This document shows positions 12,501 to 23,088 of a DNA stretch of 64,000 nt, in pieces. The translations under genes were made by a program, and so were the position numbers. The notes beneath the pieces were generated by a model. The model did not search any database. It was given only the letters and a program-made list of their open reading frames with translations, and was not told the DNA's origin. Positions within the stretch are counted from its first letter, which is position 1. Every line of letters starts with the position of its first letter. Source of the DNA: Haliotis cracherodii (Eukaryota); the NCBI RefSeq assembly GCF_022045235.1, contig NW_027266264.1:74090001-74154000 (forward strand), in the 5' to 3' direction.

Positions 12501-15500
12501 ATCACGCCGGGGGACACCAGTAATGGGCTTCACACATTGTACCCATGTCGGGAATCGAACCTGGGGTCTTCGGCGTGACGAGCGAACGCTTTAACCACTA
12601 GGCTATCCAACCGCCCTGATTTACCTTAAGACCAGGTCACACTGGAGATGTCAAACCTGTATCTTTTCTCTCAAGTGATTCTTATTTTCTGTTTATATGT
12701 CTTTTGGGTAGCCTAGGGGTAAAAGCATTGACTACCTGCCATCAATACCTGGTGTCAATTCCTAAAATGCATGGGTACAACTTGTGAAACCAATTTGTTA
12801 AAGGAGAGGTAAAATAACTTACTCCAAGTTTAGCAAAGTATAAAAGCTCCACACATCATACCTATGTTGTAAATCATTCAAACCCAGATCCTCGCCTTGA
12901 CAAGCCAACGCTTTAACCACTAGCCCACCCAACCTTTCCAGTCATTCTCGGATTATGGCATACAGGACAATTATTGCATTGAATACAATGTTAAGATACT
13001 TCAGAGAATAAGAAAGTAAGAACTTTTAACAAATAACACTTTTGAACTAAACAACATTTTCCATTGGCACATTGTTTCAAATCCTGGATAAATAATATCC
13101 CAACAAAGGCAGGACTCGATTAAGGAACTGGATTTAACTTGCACCAGGTGCCTGTTGACATGAAAAGCTAGATGCACCAAATGAAACCTGGTTGCACTCT
13201 GGTGCCACACATTTATCAATGTTTAAACATAGATGCATAAACTAGTCTAAATAAGTAAAATCTCTGAAGACTGTGTCATGTGGCATGAATTACACATAAC
13301 ACAGAGACGGGTGATGTAGTGTGGTAAATACAGCAGAGGGGTATGGAGTGTGTTCAAAGATCGTTGTGTGGACTATCATGGTATAACATTTATACTAAGT
13401 TATCCTATAATAATTAGATCTACACCATTATAACTCATAAAAGCACTTGATGTAGATCTAATTATTATAGGATAACTTAGTAGTTATCATGGTATAACAT
13501 TTATACTAAGTTATCCTATAATAATTAGATCTACATCAAGTGCTTTTATGAGTTATAATGGTGTAGATCTAATTATTATAGGATAACTTAGTATAAATGT
13601 TATACTATGATAGGACAAGCAAAGGTTTGTCGGACACAATCTGTTTTACATGCACTTTGTGCATGTATACATAAATATTAGGTTGCATTTTTCAATAATA
13701 GGTTGTAGGGCAGGGACCAGTCCAAATTTACTACCCGGGCACCCACCTCCCTATGACCCAACCCTACCCGGGTACCCACCTCCGTATGACCCAACCCTAC
13801 CCGGGCACCTGCTGTAGGTCTCAAGAGATAGGTAAAACATGTCCTATTGGGAATAGATTGACCATACTCCTGTCAAAATAAATTTAGATACATGTATAAA
13901 CCGATCTGGTCAGGCATACACGGAAGTTGACTGAGGTTTTATCATTATGTAAACATATAAAGTCAGAAAGAAATGTGAACATTTATCATTTATAGTGTAG
14001 AGTTCTAGATAATTTTTGCCATTAAACAATATAATCACATGACTAACTACGGGTTCGGGTAGTCCTGTAGGTACCCGGGTCCTACTCAGTACCCACCCAA
14101 CCCAGGTACCTGAGTTACCCATCCCAGCCCTAACAGATTGCATTTTTATATAGTTAAATCGAGTCCTGAAAGGGTATTTTTCCTGCCCAATATATTGAGA
14201 GATATATATACTTTTTCTATATTTCCACCAAAGAATTTTAATAACTGCACATGTGATATGTTTATGTTTACTCTGACTAATCAATGCTGATTGTTCTGAA
14301 AACACAATCTGACAAGAATAACAACTCCTTCACAAGACACAATAAACAAGCTTAAATCTGAGTCATTAACCGAAACCTCTGAAGCAAGAAGTCAATTCCA
14401 CACAAGCATAGCGCCGCCATCATAATATTAGCACGTTGCCAAGGGCTAATTCTTGCCTCAACAGGCTGATTGCATTAACAGGCTTTTATTCACTGACACA
14501 TAGCCATGCATTTCAATGTATGAAAGAGGATCACAAACATTCATATTGCTGAAATACATAATCCTATTACCGGCATTGAACATGTACTTTGTGGCTAGAA
14601 GGGGATTTCATAATAACACTCATATGTCCCCGCTTGTCCATTCAGTGAGAGTGAAATGGAATATATGTCCTTCATTCATGTGTGTGGGGAATATTGTTTG
14701 GGGCATTAATGTGTTTATTATACTGTGGTGGTACCCCGAGCAGGTACACATATATGGGGGATGTAGGGTAATGGAGGTTTGGGTCGTGCAATCTGTACTC
14801 CATTGTATTCATGGGGATAGTTTATTCAGGGAGGGGTACTTTATTCAGAGGGGGGGACCTCATAACAGCATTGTGTTTTGTTGACAGGTATTGAAATGTG
14901 TTCCTTTAATATGCACCTGACACTCATATCTGTACACATTTCTGAATTTGCTCCAGTTTTGTAAAGTGTAGGTTCCAAATTTACATTAACCACATCTTGC
15001 CGACATAATGATACTAATAAGTGGGTGTTTGTTGTCTTACAGTGAAAACTAAATTGTTTGAAAACAGCATGCGTAAATACCCAATGAAGCTTTTCCAGTA
15101 TTCGTAAAGCAGAGCTAATTTCCAAAACACAATTACAAACTAATTTACTTTCCGAGTCAAGCCTACATTTAGAACCGTTTAGAATCTAAAACATTATTTC
15201 ATTATTTAATAAATCTCAAAATGCTTACTCATTTGGGGAAAAACCAAATAGAGTGATGAATAGATGAGTGAAAAAATATTGGTTACCCAATAAAAAATGT
15301 AATAACCTAATTGAAATATAAGCCTTCGAGCAAAAACTCAATTGCTCAAAAAGTTATCTGGAGCTCTGGGACACTCATGCATACACTGAAGATAACAGAG
15401 TGAGCCTGGGGGTGTAGGACTCGTCTAAACCCATTGCCTGTCTACAAGAGATGACTTATAATAAAAGTACCTTCAAAGGACATGATGGATGTGAAATGAT

Positions 15501-16638
15501 TTCTCCACCCTGAAAATGTGATACATGTAGAATTTGTACCCAGCTGCAGAATCTAACCCTCTTTAAGTTACCAGCACATATAGTTAAAAGAAACATTCCC
15601 CGAAACTTTGAAATTCCACCAGCATAAGACATCAGAGCTCGCCAAAGCATTATGTTGCATGGGTCACTTTGGGGGGCATTTTCCCCATATTATCCCATTT
15701 ACATCTAAAAAGGTGTTCACCTTGTATATATAACCTTCATCTGTAAATATCTGTAAATGTTGCATCAAGTTGCAAGAAAAATTGTTTATTTCATAAAGAA
15801 TGAGATTAAGGGTGGGTCAGGAAAACATGATACAGCAAGAGAGGGGGGTGGCCAACATTTACAGCTATACACTTATTTAAGGACTGGTCATTTATCATAG
15901 GAGGGTGGGGTCATAAAAAATGAGACATGTATTTGGAAAGGCCATAAAAAAATGTTACAAAAAATGAGGTTTGTGTGGAAAAATATTATCAGTCCTATGA
16001 CTAATCCCACCCCTACCCTCCACCCCTATAATAAATCCCCAGTCCCTAAGGCAGTTTCCACTAATATTACAGAAAGATCTATATTCTACCATTTACATTA
16101 ATTTGGATTATGTACACAGCTGACATTGGACGGATTCAGTTCATATTTCTCAACAGGGATTTCACAAGATTTTGCTTCTCAATATTAATCAAACAGACAA
16201 GAGCCCATTTATTTTGATTCTGACACAAAGAGCCTGTCACTTGCTGATAGTGTTTTGACAGTTCCTGATACATTATATCATTTACTGTTGCCTGTACTCC
16301 ATTAATCAATATCTGATTACCACAGCACCTTTATAACAGAAGTGGCAAACGCCCTGGTAGACTGGAATAGTGCAACACACAGCTTGATGGCATACCAGTA
16401 TTCCAGTGTTCATTTCAGAAACTGGAAAGCGGGACCCAATGACCCTGACCTTTCTAAGAATTTGATAAAACCAGAGGACACACAAATATTTTTTAAATAA
16501 ACACATAAAACTGGTGGATGGAATCCCATTTCACCTCACCTCACCTCATATCTTGGATATCTGTTCATTTAGTCAATCTACAAATTGTTTCTAATAAAAA
16601 AATTGGGTTTATTATGACATATTATTTGAGTTCATGTA

Positions 16639-16676
<38 letters not shown>

Positions 16677-18537
16677 TTCCTTTAAAGATCAATTAATCAC
16701 ACATATCGTATTTGACGTAATAAGCGCCCCGCTCTTATAAGCGCCACAGCGATATTTGCTGATATATTGGCAAGTGAACAATCCCGGTTAGCACTTCTGA
16801 TTGATCAATGTACACAAGACTTATTTATTCGCATATAATACGTACGTGTGTGTTATATGCACCCTTAATTATGGGCAATTTAATTCTGGAAAAATATATC
16901 TGTCGAACATAAACATTTCAGGCTGTCAGCCAAAAACACAAAATTTATCTTTCAACTCAGTTTTTTTCACCAAAATAATATTCTAATAAAAGCCCCCTAT
17001 TTCTAATTTTGAGAGTGCCCTGGGCGCTTTCTACATCGAATACGGTATATGTTTCTTATGTTGTGTCTTAGGAGGACTTTGATGGTCATGTTATGCAAAG
17101 TGAACAAATGTATTTCTCTGGGATAAACTGATATATGTCACAAGTATCATTAACTGTTCACACACTCATATATACTTTACATTTAACAAATCTGTCTCAG
17201 CAGCAATATTGTATATTTGACCTTTTTAGTGGATCAATCGCCATATCTTTATGAGTGAGTGAGTGAGTATGGTTTTACACTGCTTTTAGCAATATTCCAG
17301 CAATATCACGGCGGGGGACACCAGAAATGGGCTTCACACATTGTACCCATGTCGGGAATCGAAACCTGGGTCTTCGGCGTGACGAGCGAACGCTTTAACC
17401 ACTAGGCTACCCGACCGCCCCCATATCTTTATGAAAAAGAAGAGGTCTGTTTGTTGTAGGGCTGGGACAGGTAACTCATATACTCGGGTCAGGTGGGTAC
17501 TGAGTAGGACCCGGGTACCCACAGAACTACTCGGAACTGTGGGTAGTTTAATGACAAAAATTATGTAGAACTCCATGGTAACACGACAAGTCACTTCTAC
17601 TTCTGACTTTCATATGTTTGAATAAAGATAAAACTTCAGTCAACTTCAGAGTTTGCATGACCAGATTGTTATATACGTGGACAACTAAATACATTTTTCG
17701 AGGGCTACAGTAAAACTGTTCCCAATCGTACCGATCTCTTAAGATCTACAGCGGGTCAGGTCAGGTAATAGGGGGTAGGGTACCAGGGTAGTAGACTCAT
17801 CCCAGCCCTAGTTTGTTGCCCTGGCCCACAGCTCCATTGATACACTGCTTTATTTGAACTACAGATTTCGTTCTCAAGCAATTATCTGACTGTTCATTTG
17901 CAAAAGTGTGCTTATGATCAATGCTGCTGAAAAGAAATTGTTACAACTGCCTTTATGTATGTATATATTGACACAGTGCATTCTCACAATTAAAATCCAT
18001 GACATATGCAAAGACACTGAAATGCCTCTGATATTCCTAACAATCAAATGTACATATATTTTTAGAAAATAAATACATGTACATGTATTCCGACAAATAT
18101 TAAACATAACTTACCATGGTTTTCTTTGGACTAGGTATGTGGGCTGCCTGTATACCTTCATCTTCGGAGCTGCTGGATCCATCGCTTCCTTCGTTCTGCA
18201 CATAATAGACAAGGAAGTGAGTGAGTGAGTGAGTGAGTGAGTGGGTGAGTGGGTGAATGGGTGAGTGGGTGAGTGAGTGAGTATGATCGTATGCAACTTT
18301 TAGCAACATTCCAGCAATATCATGTCGGGGAACACCAGAAATGGGCGCCACACATTGTACCCATGTGGGGAATCAAACCCAGGGCTACAGCATGACAAGC
18401 AAACACTTTAACCAATAGGCTACCCCACCGCCACAGGAGTGTAAGAATGGACCAGTCATCCAGGAGGTGACCTCTCCATATTCTTGTATCTTTGAAAATA
18501 GATGCTCCCAGTTGCACCAAAACTAACTCAAAATGTC

Positions 18538-18592
<55 letters not shown>

Positions 18593-20858
18593 TTCATTCA
18601 TTCATTCATTCATTCATTCATTTGTTGAATGCTGCACTTAGCAATATTCAAGCTTATGACACAGCCTTTACATAATCATTTCTGGACCAGACAATCCAGT
18701 GATTGATATTGTGAACAATAATTCACACTATCAGGGTACGAAGACATGCAAACAACCACGTCACCATGTCTGACCTTGGTGCAGCAAAGGTTGCCCACAG
18801 GGGACAAATTCTAACCCGGATTCCCAACTGGGGCTCAACATGTTAACATACACCAGTAAATTGTTATACTGAAAAATGTCAGAAGTCTTGTTAATTCCCG
18901 AGCCAGAGTGAACTTCATGAATTATAGGGATGGGTATTGGAAATTTAAAGTGTATCACAATATTGCGATATTGCCGTTTTGCGATTTATCATCCAAAACT
19001 GGCTCCCGCAGCACATATAGCTTGGGTGAGATCAAGCAAAATCTACATTGTAGATAAAAGTGCAAAAACTCCTTGCCAAGCCTCTGAGTTTATAACAGTA
19101 AACACATGATAAAAATCGCTATTTTAAATCACCCAATAAATCGAGTATGGAAAAATGATATTGTGATAGTATCGGGGAAAGAATGAATCTCAATTTACCG
19201 ATATACCGATATACCGATAATACCGCACACCCTTAATGAATAATAATTCACATATAAAAATCTAAATATGATAATAAATAGTCTTCTAGTTAATTATGAG
19301 CTAGATGGTTGGAAAGAAACAACAATGAAAATATAAGGACTATTTTGGACACCTTAGTTAGTTTTGCTGTAGAATAAGCAATCTCAGACCAAACAAAAAC
19401 GTATTACTTTTCTGATCTTTAGGTATGGCCAAAAATGATGCGACGCTGCTTTGTTTGTTTAGCATGACATTAACAATCCTCAAAATCTAGCAGAAAAACA
19501 TATTTTGTCTCCGGTATTAAAATGCCCTTTTCGTAGCAATTGATGGTGAATGATGTCTAAACGGCATTCACAAAAGGCCTTACAATTACACACAAATAGG
19601 CTGCATAGACCGAGAGGAGTCATGTGTCATGTGCAGTTTGTACGTTTGTTTTGGGGAGAGCAGGCTAGAGTTGCCTGCCCTTGGTTAAAAATTAAAAAAT
19701 ATAAGCCTCACGCAGGTGGTTGAACAGGGATCAGAAACACAATACTTTGGCAGTCCTCTAAATATATACATTAGTTGTTTGTATAAGGAATGACACAATG
19801 TTGCATATTACAACAAAGTTGAATCTAGTTTCTATGAACTGGGTATTATAAGCATTATACAACATATCACTCATAGATACTACAAACATATAAAGTAGTG
19901 TCTAGACATTTTTTTTTTTTAAATTCATATTTTCATTTCATGATTTATTGGGATGTATATTGCGTTAACGTCAATGATTTTGATAAGCACATAACTAATA
20001 TGTTGTAATCTAATCAAACTGGTTGATAGTACATAAAATGTCATTCAAAAGAAAGTATACCACATATTTGAAAATTGGATATGACCAAAATATTACAAAC
20101 ATTGTCAAATGTAACATTTGCAAAATACTGCTAACTTAAGGAACAAAACACAACTGTGATACCTAAAACAAAGACATCACCACTGAATAACCATTTCTTG
20201 TTTGTTTCATTTTTAGACACCATCAAACAAGGGTGTATACTTTGTTTTGCCTGGCATTTATAGTAATTTATGGACCCGTGAAGATCTGGGATAGAATAGG
20301 TCTTCAGCAACCCATGCTTGTCGTAAAAGATGACCATGCTTGTCGTAAGAGGAGGCTAACGGGATCGGGTGGCCAGGCACGCTGACTTGGTTGATGCATG
20401 TCATCAATCCCAATTGCATGGATCGATTATCATGATGCCAATCACTGGACTGTCTGGTTCAGACTCGATTATTTACAGACCGCTGTCATATAGCTGGAAT
20501 ATTGCTGAGTGTGGCGTTAAACAACAAACAAACAAAACTAAATTATGTCAAGTATTGGAGCACTAAATGTAGGTATATTTACCCCATCCCACTGTCCAAG
20601 TGAATGAAGAATGAGCCTTTGTTCTTCCAGGTAAAATGGGTCTCCAATTCCTTGATATGGTTTATGGGACACAGATCGAAATCCTTGTGACGTCAACTGC
20701 TGAAGTCGACGTCTGTAATTTGAACGTCTAACTTCATCTCGTGATGGAATCGTTGGATTGAAGACAGTGGCACTTCGGGCTTGTATTTTCACCCCCCGCT
20801 GAGATGGAATCGGCAGAGGAAGGAGGGCCACATACCCCTGAGGATCTCTTGAAGGCAT
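1..20858 (-). CDS. CCDC60: CCDC60-like coiled-coil protein, 5' portion (spliced; continues beyond the left edge)
   Basis: Phase-consistent GT-AG exons: 20858-20583 (MPSRDPQGY...PFYLEEQRLILHSLGQWDG), 18195-18115 (NEGSDG...PKKTM), 12168-12095 (TAAKFVLRRTRKDLNTLKKEVDSGR), 4668-4599 (NMIRNVKLGHGLFQLIKHERETK), 4105-3969 (TAALYAEKRKKEEEARNAWQAPKRDSDSDS...DLTG), 84-<1 (YMEELMHDDDQDEFRLTLTSEPNPDPQ). KDLNTLKKEVDSGRNMIRNVKLGHGLFQLIKHE...KKEEEARNAWQAP matches my recollection of vertebrate CCDC60 (KEIINLKKDLIRSRFLIQSVKIGRGYFAILREE...KEEERNKFQP). Confidence 0.82.
2491..2921. mobile_element. MITE family M1 copy
   Basis: Same TIRs with a small deletion at the right end; TSD ATAGCATTAA/ATAGGATTAA. Confidence 0.85.
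5189..6024. mobile_element. hAT-like non-autonomous element inserted in a family D SINE
   Basis: TIR TA(A/G)GGCTTCAA; perfect 8-bp TSD GTCTCAAA; CTCGAGTA-rich subterminal repeats. Confidence 0.85.
8945..9590. mobile_element. Non-autonomous interspersed element with internal 61-bp array; second copy at ~29810-30262
   Basis: Both copies begin CCATGTCAGAA.GATGAAATCTGATTGGTC and end in a TGTAGCAGG.TCAC palindrome-rich region. Four 61-bp units at 9047-9295 versus one in copy 2. Confidence 0.75.
9684..9960 (-). mobile_element. tRNA-derived SINE family D (copies at ~11180-11480 +, ~7140-7423 -, and a split copy around 5189-6024)
   Basis: GTGGTAGAGC A box, GGTTTGATCCC B box, GTCATACCAAAAGAC...AAGGACTGGTCGGCTCGGAGTC core repeated among copies. 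Confidence 0.8.
10484..10910. mobile_element. MITE family M2 (Mutator-like, 9-bp TSD); second copy at 41256-41762
   Basis: ~67-bp TIRs (CATCGTCCCGAGGCAAG...); TSD TTGTATACA/TGGTATACA; second copy TATTGAAAT/CATGGAAAT. Confidence 0.78.
12451..12616 (-). mobile_element. SINE family A
   Basis: Full-length; TSD TGATTTACCTTAA. Confidence 0.9.
13374..13612. repeat. Nested palindrome (double hairpin)
   Basis: Layout: arm, loop, arm', arm, reverse-complemented loop, arm'. Flanked by GGAC on both sides. Confidence 0.92.
13706..14132. mobile_element. hAT-like MITE, same family as 17457-17810
   Basis: TIRs TAGGGCAGGGA / TCCCAGCCCTA; degenerate TSD ATAGGTTG/ACAGATTG. Confidence 0.8.
16641..16675. repeat. 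(TA)n microsatellite
   Basis: Direct reading. Confidence 0.95.
16703..17048. mobile_element. Tc1/mariner-like MITE
   Basis: Ends TA(T/C)CGTATT...AATACGGTA with subterminal TAAGCGCC motifs. Confidence 0.55.
17255..17420 (-). mobile_element. SINE family A
   Basis: Full-length; TSD CCATATCTTTATGA. Confidence 0.9.
17457..17810. mobile_element. hAT-like MITE (TAGGGCTGGGA TIR); other copies at 13706-14132 and a partial one from 6687
   Basis: Perfect 8-bp TSD GTTTGTTG; GGGTACCC subterminal motifs. Confidence 0.85.
18217..18432 (-). mobile_element. SINE family A with expanded (CTCA/CCCA)n tail
   Basis: Family A body; tail ends 21 nt before the CCDC60 exon at 18195. Confidence 0.85.
18538..18622. 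repeat. Compound (TTTA)n(TTCA)n microsatellite, tail of a minus-strand family B relic
   Basis: Direct reading; followed by the reverse complement of the family B 3' end. Confidence 0.9.
18925..19235. mobile_element. hAT-like MITE
   Basis: TAGGGATGGGTATT...AATACCGCACACCCTTA; TSD ATGAATTA/ATGAATAA; ACCGAT subterminal repeats. Confidence 0.7.
20273..20537 (+). mobile_element. SINE-like family B, full-length
   Basis: Colinear with 34236-34510. Confidence 0.85.
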
Positions 20859-21308
20859 AACTGTCTCCCGACACACACTTGATTAATCTGGCAAACTGTA
20901 AAAGCATAGTATCATTTTATTATGTGTCTTTGATAAATAGATATAGAATTATTTTCCTTTAAAGAAAATAAAACCCAAAAATAATAAGAAGGAAAAAGAA
21001 AACAGATATCACTATTTCAAATCATATTAATTACAGCTGATTACACGTCACTGTATGAAGTACATCTGAATAAATAACTAGCTCAACTTTTATTAAGATA
21101 GGCCACAATTAATTCAAATAACATTCTCAAGACACTCACATATTTTCATGCACTCAATCAGATCTTATTCACATTATAATTATAATCACCTTTTTAACAT
21201 TTAACTGACAAAATGGTTATCACTTTTTTTTCTATATTGTATCAACTTAACATTTGGCTTTTTTCGGCAATACAGATAAACGAATATCATACTTTATACT
21301 TTACTTAC

Positions 21309-23088
21309 TATGGTAACTGGTAGCAGTTATTCCTAATTATGCATTGTTGAAATCCACCTCCGTTTTTGAAATCCGTACATCAAGGAAACAGTCTCCACTT
21401 CTCCGCTGTCAAGGGAGCCCAAGTCAATGCTTCTGAAATGAACTTTCAGTTTTAATATTCCGGGCACGTGGCCCGTCAACATGTCATCAGTATTCCTTGA
21501 CTGAATGTGTTGGATTGATTGCCAAAAGTAACCACCTCATGTCCCCCTCACTGCGAACCACTAACCATAACACTGTAAAACACACGAGCAAAAATAGCCC
21601 GGTAGTACCTTCCTGTAGAGAGTCAATAGACTGCCCCTGTTGCGTGGATACTGTCAACTAATAACTACAATCGGAACGCCGCTGAGCGACCTCTGCTATA
21701 AGCGGGTTATGCCATAACTCAAACGTTTACAATTCTTCTTGGTTATACCAGTGTTTGTCTAAAACACCATACTATAAACATGGATCAATGTTAACGAAAG
21801 TAAGTGAAAATCAGAATAAAATTGATTACTGTCGACGATATCTCATTCGGAATACCTCGGGTATTTCCGATGAATAGCAGTAAGCCCATGCATGCATGAA
21901 ACATATCTTTGTTGAGCTGCCTCGTGTGTAATATTATTTCTTATCATATTTTAATGTTAACGTATAATTCCCTTCTCTGTCTAAATTACTGAACTGTGAC
22001 ATGTTACCAGTGTTTATTCATAAACGTATCCTAATACCAGCAGGGATAATAACATTAGATTTCTTACCACTTGCCACCAGTATATCAGAGTATAAAAGGG
22101 AAAGCATCGCCCATAATGCATAGGAAAACGTGTTGTAACCAGAGACCATATAAAAATCTATTATATCGGTCTCTGTTGTAACTAACCAAAACAAGGTAAG
22201 CAAATATTTTCGGCAATTAATTACATTACTCAAACATTTTGTAAATTTAATTTGAATGTAAATAAAGTGTTGTGCTCGCTCATCCATATCAGCGACGAAG
22301 TTGCAGATTTTGCATATTTCAAGCGCATGGAGACGCGTGGTTTATTCATTTGTGGACAAATAAAGCTTTAATCTAAATAATCTAAGTCGTTTAAATTAAA
22401 AAAAATATATGGATCTTAGACAGTTTATTTTAGTTTGCAATACACAAAAAAGCGATATTTATCTCAGTACTGGCAATATATGTCTCATCAGAGACCATGG
22501 TCTCTGGTCTCATTAAGGAGTCGACAACAGAGTAAATGAGTGATCTTTTACGCCGCGGTCAGATTCGATCTACTCGGGAATATTAAAATCCGATCGATCA
22601 GTGGGAAACAAAGATACTCATAATATTGGAATATAAATACTATCATATATTTTAAAATACATTAAAGAAATTTTGAACAATCAAGATCTAAACAACTTTT
22701 TAAGTGGTGTTGTTTTACAAGGCAGCATAATCGACCGCCTTACAAAATATCAATTTATAACTTGATCACACATTCTTGAAAAGTTGGGTTGTCGGATCCA
22801 TAAAACAAATATCTAACGCCTTACAAGAATTCTATATAATATCCAAGCACATCGTGTTAATGGCCTTTTTTATCCGTATTATGTCCTTAAGTGGGGTGGC
22901 GGGCATGCCTTGATGTCTTGTGTCAGTGAATTTAGGGCGGGGATGTGGTTTCATTTGTTACTATTTCAATACGGACTTTGCATAAAACGTCATTTCGAGT
23001 AGCGTGAGAACTTGTATTTTTAGACATGAGTAATGTTTTGACTGAGTAAACGGTGAAGTCCCAGTTTTATAATCACCCATGTTCTAAA
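21309..23088. promoter_or_regulatory. Divergent promoter region between CCDC60-like and PHF20-like genes
   Basis: The start codons are ~2.2 kb apart and face outward. Locally CpG-richer and free of recognisable SINEs. GC box GGGCGGGG at ~22935; YY1-type AAAATGGCG overlaps the PHF20 ATG; a minus-strand GTAAGT at 21308-21303 is a candidate donor for a CCDC60 5' UTR exon. Confidence 0.5.

Noticed and set aside
20369-20566. Recurring short ORFs such as MARHADLVD.../MVRLADL... (also at 34338 and 50842)
   Set aside because: Translations of SINE family B copies; the similarity comes from the repeat, not a protein family.
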